Positions 28,837-39,003 of a stretch of 64,000 nucleotides of DNA are shown here, in pieces. Position 1 is the first letter of the stretch. Every line of letters starts with the position of its first letter. The position numbers and the translations under genes are program-made. Location: the IMG/VR virus record IMGVR_UViG_3300014204_000011, positions 21,751-85,750 of that record; one strand, 5' to 3'. The notes under the pieces were generated by a model, which worked only from the letters and a program-made list of their open reading frames with translations, had not been told where the DNA came from and made no database searches. Origin of the DNA: a virus (taxonomy: Duplodnaviria; Caudoviricetes).

Positions 28837-29275
28837 TTATTTTATAGACGGGTTTTTGCTCCGTCATTTTAATATATTCCCTCCTACTTTAGATAAGGAA
28901 AATCTTTATGAAGAACAGAAGATTTTCCTTATCTATTTAATGGCTCAAATACCTGAAATAGACCACTGGAAAAGAAATGTCGAATACAAAACTAAACTTG
29001 CCGAAATTAAACAATTAGATGTAAATAAAATAAAAATAGATAAAACCATAATTGATCTTGCTTCTATAAATGGCAAGGATATGAAAAAATTAAAAAAAGA
29101 ACAACTTTTACTTGAAAAGAAAAAACGTATTACTGAGCTTAATAAAGAATATGGTATTAAAGATCCGGAAAAAGAAGCAGAAAAAACAGTTGATATAAAA
29201 CAAGATATAAATAATAATAATCATAATCCTACAAGATTATGGGATATTTTACATGGTAAGGGACTGGTAAAATAA
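28799..29275 (+). CDS. Tail assembly chaperone extension (T-like), likely expressed by frameshift
   Basis: Frame opens right after TAA 28796-28798 inside the A9 tract (KKIDLLLESSKDDYFIDGFLLRHF...). The listed TTG 28856 has no obvious RBS. Confidence 0.65.
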   Translation, partial: KKIDLLLESSKDDYFIDGFLLRHFNIFPPTLDKENLYEEQKIFLIYLMAQIPEIDHWKRNVEYKTKLAEIKQLDVNKIKIDKTIIDLASINGKDMKKLKKEQLLLEKKKRITELNKEYGIKDPEKEAEKTVDIKQDINNNNHNPTRLWDILHGKGLVK

Positions 29276-30886
29276 ATGGATTATAATATAAATTTTAAAT
29301 ACAAGTCTGGTGGTGGTACGGCAAGTTCTGGTATGTCTGCAATTACAGGGGCTAGACAAAAAGCTATGCAAGCCAATACTAAACAAAATGCAACATTAAG
29401 ACCTGATGAAAATTCTCGAAAACTTATTGATACAAATATAAAACTCAGTACAAATATTCTAAAACTAAATCAATCTATTGCTATGCTTACAGGTGTTATA
29501 AAAAATCGTGGTTTAGGCGGTGGCGGTGGTGGAGGTTCGCCAGCTTTAGGCGGTAATTCTGGTTTAGGGAGTGTAGGTTCTGCTCTAGGATATATTGGTG
29601 TACCAGTAGCATTAGCCGGTTTTGCAATACAAAAGATAAATCAAATAGGTAGTGCATATATAGAAAAAGTTAGTCAACAAAAAGGAACTGTAGGTGTTGG
29701 TGGTTTCCGTAAAGAAAGAGAGGGTGCTTATCTTGGGCCAGAAGTTGGGGCTGCTTATAAAGCTCATAGAATGGCAGTTGGAAAATTCACAGGTGAAGTC
29801 GATCCTATGGCTTTTAAGATGGGGACTATTTTTGGTCAATCGGCTGAAGAAGTTGGTACACAATCAGGTCAAATAGCAAGATATGGAAAATCTTATGGAG
29901 ATATTGCTGCAACTGGAATGGGGGCAGGTATAGAAACAGATTTACCTAAATTTATGCAAGCCATTGCAGGTGAACTTGAAGATGCGGTTAAAAATGGTGT
30001 AAATTCTTCAAATATGAGTAGTGACATAGGTGATGAATTATCGGTTTTAACATCTAAAACAAATACAAAAAGTGTAGAAATGGCTTTAGGTATAGTCAGC
30101 AAAACTAAAGCTTCAAAAGAAAGTGCTTCAATGGGGCAAATAGGGGGTGTAGAATCTTTAATGACATGGAAAGCTGGACAGACTAAGCTTTTAGAAGAAT
30201 TAAATGCTCCTAATGCGAAAAAATCTCAAAAAATAAATAGTCTCATAGGTCAAGGACTTTTAACAGATGCAGAAGGTGTTGAACTTTTAAAAAAAGATAA
30301 AGTTGATGAACAATTTATTAGAAATAAAATTGGTCAAAGTGGATTTTCAACCTTAGTTAGAAATGAAATAGATAGTATGAATAGTGTAGAATCAGCAAGA
30401 TTATCTATGAAAGAAACTCAAAAATCTTTGAAGCTTCCAGAGGGAGTTGAGGGGATGAGAAGATTAAATGCTATACTTCCTCAATATGGAAGTTCATTAA
30501 AAACATCTGAAGTACAAGCTTTATATGCAACAGTTAATGATCCTGAAGCATTTAAGAAAGTCATGGAATCTCAAGATGTAGGTCGTCAAAAATTGCAACA
30601 AAAATTTACTCAAGTTGAAGGTTTTGAACCTATGCTTGGAGTTCAAAAAGCGCAAATGATGGATAATTTATTATATAAACATGGCCCAATGCTTGCAGAA
30701 GCTAGTTTAAAACTCGAAAAAACATTAATTAAAATGGCTGATTCTTTAGCAACTACAGCAAAATCAGTCATTGATACACTTTCAGGTGGTAATATTCTTT
30801 CAGCAGAAGAAAGAGCTGCGGTTCAGCAACGCATGAATAATACACCAATGTCAACATGGGGAGATGATCTTTCTGGTGGTTTGTAA
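29276..30886 (+). CDS. Tape measure protein
   Basis: Helical Ala/Gly/Ser-rich; follows the chaperones. Confidence 0.75.
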   Translation: MDYNINFKYKSGGGTASSGMSAITGARQKAMQANTKQNATLRPDENSRKLIDTNIKLSTNILKLNQSIAMLTGVIKNRGLGGGGGGGSPALGGNSGLGSVGSALGYIGVPVALAGFAIQKINQIGSAYIEKVSQQKGTVGVGGFRKEREGAYLGPEVGAAYKAHRMAVGKFTGEVDPMAFKMGTIFGQSAEEVGTQSGQIARYGKSYGDIAATGMGAGIETDLPKFMQAIAGELEDAVKNGVNSSNMSSDIGDELSVLTSKTNTKSVEMALGIVSKTKASKESASMGQIGGVESLMTWKAGQTKLLEELNAPNAKKSQKINSLIGQGLLTDAEGVELLKKDKVDEQFIRNKIGQSGFSTLVRNEIDSMNSVESARLSMKETQKSLKLPEGVEGMRRLNAILPQYGSSLKTSEVQALYATVNDPEAFKKVMESQDVGRQKLQQKFTQVEGFEPMLGVQKAQMMDNLLYKHGPMLAEASLKLEKTLIKMADSLATTAKSVIDTLSGGNILSAEERAAVQQRMNNTPMSTWGDDLSGGL

Positions 30887-30909
30887 AATGATAATAGGAA
30901 TTAAATTAA

Positions 30910-32703
30910 ATGCCAACAAGTAATATAGTACAATATTCTAAAGATATGATGAATAGTCCAAGCATTAGTGGAAATACTAATGCTCATAAAATTATATTCA
31001 ATGCTGGAATTGAGTCTTCTCTTGAATATGCCGAACCTAAAAAAAATATAGTTCCTAAAATCCAACTTCTATTTTCTCCTTTTGGATTGCCTTTTATACC
31101 TTTGGAAATAGTCGGTTCTGATATGGGTAAAATAATATCTCAATTGGGCTGGACTAAAGATAGAACAAATGCTGGAGGCGTATTATCTATTTCTATTACC
31201 CCTGATTCTAAAAGTATTAAAGATATGGTTAATATTTTAAATAAATATTCAGGTAATTATTATTCTAAAATTTGGGGAGAACTTGGCGTTGATTTAGAAG
31301 ATTTATTCAAACCTATGACATTATGCCAGCTTTGGATTAATGGTTATCATGTTATGACTGGTACTGTTAATTCATGTAGAAGAGGTGCTTCTGTAGGTAA
31401 TAATTCAAAAGAAGTTTATTATAATATAAGCATAAATGAATTAGGTTGTTTATATGATTTTAATATAATAAGCCTTGATACTAATATTTTTGATGGACTT
31501 AAAACTGTTACAAAAGATTCTATAAAATCAGCTTTAGAATTAGTTTCTAATATAAAAGGCCCTTCATTATCTCAAGGGATTCAAGCTTTAGTTACGGCTT
31601 TTTTAACTACATTTTTACAATCCGGTGTCAGCCTTAGTGATGGATTACCTTTATTTCTAAGAATGATCGCAAAAGAAAGTCCTTTGGGCGGTTTATCTAA
31701 TCTTTCATATGCTCAAAATATGATTGTAGATACAGCAATGTTTGAACTTAGCGGAGGTCAATCATTCTGGAGTTTTTTAAAAAATTTCATCCCTAATCCG
31801 TGGATGGAAATTTTTACAGAAAGTGGAGGTAGAACTTTTGTTTCTGATAATTTAGGAACTCCGGCTGTTCTTTTCCCTGGATTTAATTATATAATTTCAA
31901 GATCAGTACCTTATTCAAATCCTTTATTAGGTATAGTAAATCCATCTATGTTAGCACAAACCGTACCTTTTGATTTAAGTGCATTAAATCTTTTATTAGG
32001 TGGAGATTTTATAATTATTACAGATGATGATATTCAAGATAAAGATCTTGGATTTGATTCATCTAATCAAAGCACAATTTTCCATGTCAGATATTCTGCA
32101 AATGGTGGGATGATGCCTTTAGATAATGATGATAAGCCCATTCATTCCATAGGCCCATTAAACCCCCTTGCAAGTGGGGGTATGAAAACTTTTGGATTAA
32201 GGGATATGTTTCAAACTATAAATTGTACTCATTTATTTAATATGGGTACAGCTTCAAATTATGTTGAACGTCTTGCTAAAAACAAACTTGGATTTCCTTT
32301 GGAGATAATGTCTAAACCTGCAATGGCTAATCTTTTGGCGGTTTGGTTTAGAAATCAAAGTAGATTTAGAGAAGGTAGCGTTACGACAAGATGTATCCCT
32401 TATGCAAGAGCAGGTATGTATTGTCTTTATCTTCCAACTATAAGCGGTAAAAAAGTAGAAAATTTAAGAGATATTGGAATTTATTATATTGATAGTTTAA
32501 GTCATAATTATGCAATAATGAATAATTCAGTATCTTTCACTACAAATCTTAATTTAATTAGAGGCGTACCTTTACCTTTAACCGTAGCTCAAACAGCTTT
32601 ATTATTATTTGATTATGAAATATTACCTCCTGAAAGTGGTTTATGGGACGGAGAATATGCGATTTTATCAGCTTTAAGAAAATCTTTAGAATTTGGAATT
32701 TAA
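30910..32703 (+). CDS. Baseplate hub protein
   Basis: Position after TMP; PWMEIFTE, GSVTTR, YYIDSLSHNY. Confidence 0.6.
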   Translation: MPTSNIVQYSKDMMNSPSISGNTNAHKIIFNAGIESSLEYAEPKKNIVPKIQLLFSPFGLPFIPLEIVGSDMGKIISQLGWTKDRTNAGGVLSISITPDSKSIKDMVNILNKYSGNYYSKIWGELGVDLEDLFKPMTLCQLWINGYHVMTGTVNSCRRGASVGNNSKEVYYNISINELGCLYDFNIISLDTNIFDGLKTVTKDSIKSALELVSNIKGPSLSQGIQALVTAFLTTFLQSGVSLSDGLPLFLRMIAKESPLGGLSNLSYAQNMIVDTAMFELSGGQSFWSFLKNFIPNPWMEIFTESGGRTFVSDNLGTPAVLFPGFNYIISRSVPYSNPLLGIVNPSMLAQTVPFDLSALNLLLGGDFIIITDDDIQDKDLGFDSSNQSTIFHVRYSANGGMMPLDNDDKPIHSIGPLNPLASGGMKTFGLRDMFQTINCTHLFNMGTASNYVERLAKNKLGFPLEIMSKPAMANLLAVWFRNQSRFREGSVTTRCIPYARAGMYCLYLPTISGKKVENLRDIGIYYIDSLSHNYAIMNNSVSFTTNLNLIRGVPLPLTVAQTALLLFDYEILPPESGLWDGEYAILSALRKSLEFGI

Positions 32704-32704
32704 A

Positions 32705-33622
32705 ATGCCTATAGGAAAACAAAGACGCTTTGCTAAAAATAATGGAAGAGATACACATGTTAGAAGTGTTGAACGAGATTTATTTAAAGTACAATCTACA
32801 AAAACTTTTGAAATAAAAACAGGTGAAGTTTTTTTAAATCAGGTTGAACCGGCTTTTAAACAAAATGCAGTATCAATAAAATTATCTAAAGGTGGTCGAA
32901 TTGACGGAGTGCCTTTACCTGGTGCTTTCATTGATCCTTTTACCGGAAATTTACATGGAAGTTATGAAGGTGTTATACCTGGTCAAATGATAAGCATAGG
33001 TTTTGTTGATGGTAATAGCGCAGCTCCAATAATTTTAAATAGATATCCTTATCAAGGCAAAGGAAATACTTTAGTTGAAGATCAGTTTCTTACACCTATG
33101 TATAAAGCCGGATATATGGCAACAGATGTTCTTTTGGGACATTTTAGCGGATCTAAAATTGGTTTATACACTGGCGGTGGTCTTAATGGGGCATTGCCTG
33201 GAAGTATAGGTATAGATGCTTTTACAGAATGTAATGTCACGGCTAAAACAAATATATTATTAGATGCTCTTGTCAGTGCTGAAGTTAAATCAGCTATGAT
33301 TAAATTAACAGGTAGCACAAGTATTGAATCTTCTGCTCCATCAATTAAATCCAACGGAAGTACAACGAATGAAATAAGTGCGCCTTTAGTTAAAATAGAT
33401 GGAAGTGCAACTGTAGAAATAAATGGGAATACAAAACAATTTGTAACATGGTTGGAATTAAATACAGCACTTCAATTGCTTATATCTGCAATTACAGTTC
33501 CTTTAGTTGTAACAGGTGCAGTTCCGGCTTCTCCCCCTAATCCTGTAACAGCTTCATGGACTATTCCACCAACAATAGATATAACACTTGCTAAAACAAC
33601 AAAAACATTATGCGGTGCTTAG
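32705..33622 (+). CDS. Baseplate central spike (gpV/gp5-like)
   Basis: OB-like N-terminus (PGQMISIGFVDGN) and beta-helix-like repeats (IKLTGSTSIESSA, VKIDGSATVEING). Confidence 0.65.
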   Translation: MPIGKQRRFAKNNGRDTHVRSVERDLFKVQSTKTFEIKTGEVFLNQVEPAFKQNAVSIKLSKGGRIDGVPLPGAFIDPFTGNLHGSYEGVIPGQMISIGFVDGNSAAPIILNRYPYQGKGNTLVEDQFLTPMYKAGYMATDVLLGHFSGSKIGLYTGGGLNGALPGSIGIDAFTECNVTAKTNILLDALVSAEVKSAMIKLTGSTSIESSAPSIKSNGSTTNEISAPLVKIDGSATVEINGNTKQFVTWLELNTALQLLISAITVPLVVTGAVPASPPNPVTASWTIPPTIDITLAKTTKTLCGA

Positions 33623-34644
33623 AGAAAATTCTTATGTTTTTCTTTTATCATTGATTCAATACTTTTATTTATTCCACTGCCTCTACAGCCAAGAGGACAT
33701 ATATTTGGATTAAAACCTTTGTTCGTTACATGATTAAACATTAACTGTCTTTCATAAAAATAATTTTCATAATCACAAAGATTTGTGATTCTATAATCAT
33801 CTAAATGTATTACATGACAGCATTGATAAATGTCTCCGTCTGCGGTAATAGTAACTATAAATTCACTTGCATGGCATGTACTGAATCCGAAGTCTTTACT
33901 GTTATTAAATATATCCTGCCATTTTTCGCTGATAATGACTTTTTTATCATTTAATAAAAAATCAAATTCTTCTTTTATAATTTTTAAATTCAAACCGGTA
34001 TATATTTTTTCGTTTATTTTTGATTCAATTGGCCTGATATTTATATAATCAATATCAGGAAATATAATTGATAATTCACGAACTATTTCTACTATTATAT
34101 CACAATTAAATTCATTTACAACAATTTGAATACCAACAACAAGTCCGGATTTACTTTCTTTTTTATTAGCTAATAATTTACTTATATTATTTTTAACAAT
34201 TTCAAAACTATGCGTGCCTCTGATATTAAAATAAGTCTCATCATCTGCTGAATCTAAACTGATTCTTACCCATCTGAAATCACGCACATATCTTTTTATC
34301 AACTCGTCAGGCATTACAATTCCGTTTGTAATCATACCCAACTCAATATTTTTCAACTCATCAATAACCATAAGAATATCTCTATTAAGTGTTGATTCCC
34401 CTCCTCCGCTAAAATAACAGGCTTTTACACCGACACTATCTATAAACTTACGCAAGAGCTTTATATTTTCAAGACTCATGTTTTCATTTTTATGATTCTG
34501 CTTCTGTCCACAATAAGTGCAGGCATTATTACATCTATTACTTAAATGTATTTCAGCCGTTACAGGCTTGACGGTTTCATCATTAATCCATGCCTTTAAA
34601 CGATCAGGATGATAGAATATTTTATCCGGTGCAATGTATTTCAT
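33619..34644 (-). CDS. Radical SAM/SPASM-twitch protein
   Basis: CNNACTYC, SGGGE, ITNG, ISLD, DGDIYQCC, CPLGC. Confidence 0.9.
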   Translation of the reverse strand: MKYIAPDKIFYHPDRLKAWINDETVKPVTAEIHLSNRCNNACTYCGQKQNHKNENMSLENIKLLRKFIDSVGVKACYFSGGGESTLNRDILMVIDELKNIELGMITNGIVMPDELIKRYVRDFRWVRISLDSADDETYFNIRGTHSFEIVKNNISKLLANKKESKSGLVVGIQIVVNEFNCDIIVEIVRELSIIFPDIDYINIRPIESKINEKIYTGLNLKIIKEEFDFLLNDKKVIISEKWQDIFNNSKDFGFSTCHASEFIVTITADGDIYQCCHVIHLDDYRITNLCDYENYFYERQLMFNHVTNKGFNPNICPLGCRGSGINKSIESMIKEKHKNFL

Positions 34645-35738
34645 TTAAGCAGTTCTCCTCTAATTATTTTCATACTATCATCTAAAGCATTTTTAACCGT
34701 TACATCCATGTCATTGTATTTATAAGTACCAAGCCGACCTGCGAAATGCACATTTTTTTCTTCTTGTGCCATTTCAAAATATTTCATATAAGTATCAATA
34801 TTTTTATTATTTTCAACAGGATAATAAGGTTCTTCCGGATTATTGCAGGGATATTCTTCAGCATATACAGTATAATCTTTTTCAAATGCTTCGTTGAATG
34901 GATTGAAATGTTTGAATTCTGTAATTCTAGTATAATCATATTTTTTTTCAGGATAGTGTATGACACTTATACCCTGAAAATCTTTAACAGATAATTCTTT
35001 AAATTCAAAACGAAGTGATCTCCAATCTAATTTTCCATGATAATTAAAAAAGTATTCATTTATTGGGCCGGTATAGATTATTTTATCAGCTAAAGATTTT
35101 AAATAAGGCATATCGTTTAATAAAAAATGCGTATTTAATCTGATTTCAATTCCTTCTAATAAATTTTCAAACAAAGCATTATATCCTTTAAAAGGTATGC
35201 CTTGATAATAATCGTTAAAATAGCTATCATCGTAATTATCTCTAACCGGTATTCGTTTAATAATAGATACCGGTAATAATTTAGGATCACAATTCCATTG
35301 TTTTTCAGTATATCCTTTTATAAATTTAGCATATAATATGATTCCAACTTTCGAAATTGCATATTCTTCAAAATTTTGAGGATTATCATTTTCAACTATA
35401 TCCGGAATTTTATTCATCCCCCATACATCAAAAATTGTTTTTTTATTTATTGGAAAATTAAACACTCTTTCTACTGAATCAACCATTATCTTATGAGTAA
35501 ATTGCCTGAATTCTCCGAACCTGTTTATATAATTCCACACCTGTTTATCGCTAGTATGGAAAACATGAGGCCCATATAAATGAACATCAATTCCGTTCAT
35601 ATCAGCACTTGCGCAATTACCGCCTATTCTATCTCTTTTATCAATGACAAGAACCTTATAACCTGCATCAGTTAAACGTCTTGCCATAACAGATCCGTAT
35701 AGCCCTGCGCCTACGATTAAAATTTCGTAATGTTTCAT
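34641..35738 (-). CDS. glf: UDP-galactopyranose mutase
   Basis: GAGLYG FAD site, IGGNC, HLYGPHVFHT, GYTEKQW, YQGIP, GRLGTYKYNDMD. Confidence 0.95.
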   Translation of the reverse strand: MKHYEILIVGAGLYGSVMARRLTDAGYKVLVIDKRDRIGGNCASADMNGIDVHLYGPHVFHTSDKQVWNYINRFGEFRQFTHKIMVDSVERVFNFPINKKTIFDVWGMNKIPDIVENDNPQNFEEYAISKVGIILYAKFIKGYTEKQWNCDPKLLPVSIIKRIPVRDNYDDSYFNDYYQGIPFKGYNALFENLLEGIEIRLNTHFLLNDMPYLKSLADKIIYTGPINEYFFNYHGKLDWRSLRFEFKELSVKDFQGISVIHYPEKKYDYTRITEFKHFNPFNEAFEKDYTVYAEEYPCNNPEEPYYPVENNKNIDTYMKYFEMAQEEKNVHFAGRLGTYKYNDMDVTVKNALDDSMKIIRGELLK

Positions 35739-36589
35739 ATATTAAACATCTCCAGATTAATATCTATTCTGAAAGAATCTGTTTTATTTTTATTTTTTTC
35801 AATCATTAAATCCCAAAGATGTTTTAATTCGGGATCTTCTTCAAGCATTTTTTCAGCAACATGAAAATATTTCGGATATCCTATTTTTATCCAGTTTTCA
35901 ACTTGTAATTTCATTTTGTTTTTAAATTGTAAATTATTTCTATGCGGAAAATGAGCGTAAAAAGCTATATCTGGATTTATTTTATAAATTTCTAGAGGTT
36001 CAATCCCGTCATCGAACCTAATGCAAGAATCTGTTCCTAAATCAGTAAGTTCATTTATATTATTAACTATAGTATGAAATCCCGAACAATAAACCATACC
36101 ATCATTAAATTTACCTATTGATTTATAAAAATCTCTTGGTTCTTTTGCAAAATATTTTAATTCGATAAATGGATTTTCATCTTTAATGTCTTTATCAATT
36201 TTACATTCATACCATGTAAAATTTAAAGATAAATGACTAATATGATCATAATCTATTATTAAATCTTCTATTGTTTTATGTTTTTTTAAAACAAGTAATT
36301 CATCCGCATCACTGCCTATAACCCATTTAAAGCCATCGGTTTTTGCTTGATCTAATAATATTTTACTTTGTTTTTCGTGTCTGTGGTCATCATCATCAGA
36401 ATAGAAAATTTTAAATTTTGAAGAATATAATTTATCAAAAACATCTTTAATTATATTAGTTAATTTATCGTTAGATTTATGCAACATTAAATAAAAATCA
36501 CGAATACCTAAATTATAATAATATATTAATGTATAATATATAATATCACTATCAGCAGGATGAATCACAGATATATAAGCTATTTTCAT
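35735..36589 (-). CDS. GT-A family 2 glycosyltransferase
   Basis: YYYNLGIRDFY, WVIGSDADE DxD motif, YAHFPHR. Confidence 0.8.
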   Translation of the reverse strand: MKIAYISVIHPADSDIIYYTLIYYYNLGIRDFYLMLHKSNDKLTNIIKDVFDKLYSSKFKIFYSDDDDHRHEKQSKILLDQAKTDGFKWVIGSDADELLVLKKHKTIEDLIIDYDHISHLSLNFTWYECKIDKDIKDENPFIELKYFAKEPRDFYKSIGKFNDGMVYCSGFHTIVNNINELTDLGTDSCIRFDDGIEPLEIYKINPDIAFYAHFPHRNNLQFKNKMKLQVENWIKIGYPKYFHVAEKMLEEDPELKHLWDLMIEKNKNKTDSFRIDINLEMFNI

Positions 36590-37422
36590 TTAAACATCTC
36601 CGGATTTATAGGATCTAAAAAATATTCCATTTTATTTTCACTTTTAAGACTTTTATCGTTATTGCAAACCTGCCTTTGACCATTAGTTGTTATCAATCTG
36701 TCAGGCCATATCTGTTTTAAATAATCAGGATTTTCTTCAAGGTCTTTATCAAGATAAAAAAAACCGTATCGCCTTAACCAGTTTTTACGCTGAAGCAAAG
36801 TCTTTTGTTCGTATTGTTTAAAATTACGTTCGGGAAAATGAGCATAAAAAGCTTGTTCGGGACAGACTTCGACAATGTTTTCGCAACCACTGATATCGTG
36901 AAAACCGGTTATAAACTCCATGCCTTGACTGAATTTACCGCTGCTTTTTATCCAGCCCTTATCAGTAATATCCATATATTCTTTACAACGATACCGCATG
37001 TTAGCGAAAGCATTTTCACTAACATCAGTTTCTGCTCTATAATCAATCCATTTAAAATGAAGAACTACTGTTTCAAGAATATTATATTCTTGTAGAAAAT
37101 TTTCAATATTTTTATGTTGTTTTAATACAATCAATTCATCTGCGTCACTGCCAATAATCCAATCCATACCATCTCTTAAAGCTATATCGGTTAAAACTTT
37201 TACATTTTCATCATGATTATGTTCATCTTTATCATTAAAATACCATGAAACTCTTACATCATAATCTCTTTCAAAAACAAAAGAAATATCTCTCAATACT
37301 CTATCTGCTTTATGAAGCATAAGATAATAATTTCGTATGCCAAGATTATAATAATATACAAGCATAAAATCAATTATATCATTATCTTGAGGATGAATTA
37401 CACTTACAAGAGCTATATTCAT
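36586..37422 (-). CDS. GT-A family 2 glycosyltransferase, tandem paralog
   Basis: YYYNLGIRNYY, WIIGSDADE, YAHFPER. Confidence 0.8.
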   Translation of the reverse strand: MNIALVSVIHPQDNDIIDFMLVYYYNLGIRNYYLMLHKADRVLRDISFVFERDYDVRVSWYFNDKDEHNHDENVKVLTDIALRDGMDWIIGSDADELIVLKQHKNIENFLQEYNILETVVLHFKWIDYRAETDVSENAFANMRYRCKEYMDITDKGWIKSSGKFSQGMEFITGFHDISGCENIVEVCPEQAFYAHFPERNFKQYEQKTLLQRKNWLRRYGFFYLDKDLEENPDYLKQIWPDRLITTNGQRQVCNNDKSLKSENKMEYFLDPINPEMFK

Positions 37423-38006
37423 TTCTTCACCCTACAAACTACAGTTGAACCATTTCCTACTTTTGAATCTGTTTCTTCATAATCAATTATCTCCCATCCT
37501 AGATTATGTTCTTTGTTGCAATAATCAATTAAACCAACCATAGATGATAATGTAAATATCCAGATATGACAATGTTCATCTGTTAAAGGTTGTGGATTAT
37601 TATATTGTTTATAAAAATCTGATATTTCAGAGATAGGTCGATTTACATCATTCGGATCTGCATCACGTTTTGGAAATATCATAAAAACTATTCCCTGATC
37701 TTTTAATATCCTATTCCATTCAAAAAAAGCTTTTATCGGATTAGGAACATGCTCAATTACATGAGAACTTATAACATAATCAAGACTGCTATTTTCAAGT
37801 GGAATATTTTCTGCATCACCATACATATCTGGTTTAATAAATTCTCCACATGAATTTATTTCTGATTCTCTCCAAAATTCAACTCTTTCTTTATTGGCAA
37901 GGAATAGACAATCTTTTAAATTAAACGGATTGTGTGCTGCTGCGCCAATTTCCAACCCGTGACCGATACAATATTTGTGAGCAAGTGCGCTTTCGGGGAA
38001 TTTCAT
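37419..38006 (-). CDS. SAM-dependent methyltransferase (type 11-like)
   Basis: GLEIGAA, DYVISSHVIEH. Confidence 0.85.
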   Translation of the reverse strand: MKFPESALAHKYCIGHGLEIGAAAHNPFNLKDCLFLANKERVEFWRESEINSCGEFIKPDMYGDAENIPLENSSLDYVISSHVIEHVPNPIKAFFEWNRILKDQGIVFMIFPKRDADPNDVNRPISEISDFYKQYNNPQPLTDEHCHIWIFTLSSMVGLIDYCNKEHNLGWEIIDYEETDSKVGNGSTVVCRVKK

Positions 38007-38007
38007 A

Positions 38008-39003
38008 TTAAATCATCCATTCAGGATTTTCTAAAGTCCATTTAACGGTTTGCTCTAACGATTCTCTAAAAGTCATAGGTGGAATCCATCCCATTTCTTT
38101 TAATTTTGAACCATCGAGAGCGTAACGCCTATCATGACCACTTCTTGTTTTATGAAAATCTTCAAGTTTATAATATAGTGGCTTTTGTAATATATCAGCA
38201 ATTATTTCAGCAACTTGAAGATTATTTAATTCTATTTCTCCAACTATATTATATCTATCTGGAACAATTATACTATCAATATTATCTTCATACATTTTAA
38301 CAGTAGTTTTTTGTAAGATAAATAGTAAAGCATCGGCTTTATTCCTTGCATGGATATAAAATCGTGATCCAATGTCTCCCTCACTTCCATGAATAATAAC
38401 TTCTTTTCCGGAATTTATATTCTTAATAAGCATTGGTATGAATTTTTCTGAATCCTGACGTGGACTAAAAACATTCATGGTATTTGTTAAAACAACAGGG
38501 ACTTTAAAAGTTCGCCAATAAGAAATAGCTAGAGCTTCTTGTGACGCTTTACTTGCACTATAGGGGTTTGAGGGTAGTATGGTTGACCATTCTTTATGCC
38601 GAGTATTATGTAAAGCAGGGCCGTAAACTTCATCGGTTGAAATTTGAATAAACATTTCTGGTTTAACCTTACGGGCATATTCAAGCATAGTAAGCACAAG
38701 CTTGAAATTATTCTCACAAAAACTTACCGGATCAGTAATAGATCTATCAACATGACTTTCACTTGCCATATTAACAATAAAATCTATGTTACCAATTTTA
38801 TGTATTAATCTATCTGATATAGGAGAAGTTAAATCATGAGTAATTATTTTATATCTTTTAGGATCTTGATAAATACGCAAAGAATCTCCCCTATGTCTAA
38901 AACTATCAATTCCTATAATTTCCCAATCTGTATTTTCAAGTATATGATCAACTAAATGACTTCCTATGAATCCTGCGCTTCCTGTAATTAAAACTCTTTT
39001 CAT
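38008..39003 (-). CDS. rfbB: dTDP-glucose 4,6-dehydratase
   Basis: GSAGFIGSH, ASESHVDRSI, STDEVYG, NPYSASKA, GHDRRYALD. Confidence 0.9.
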   Translation of the reverse strand: MKRVLITGSAGFIGSHLVDHILENTDWEIIGIDSFRHRGDSLRIYQDPKRYKIITHDLTSPISDRLIHKIGNIDFIVNMASESHVDRSITDPVSFCENNFKLVLTMLEYARKVKPEMFIQISTDEVYGPALHNTRHKEWSTILPSNPYSASKASQEALAISYWRTFKVPVVLTNTMNVFSPRQDSEKFIPMLIKNINSGKEVIIHGSEGDIGSRFYIHARNKADALLFILQKTTVKMYEDNIDSIIVPDRYNIVGEIELNNLQVAEIIADILQKPLYYKLEDFHKTRSGHDRRYALDGSKLKEMGWIPPMTFRESLEQTVKWTLENPEWMI

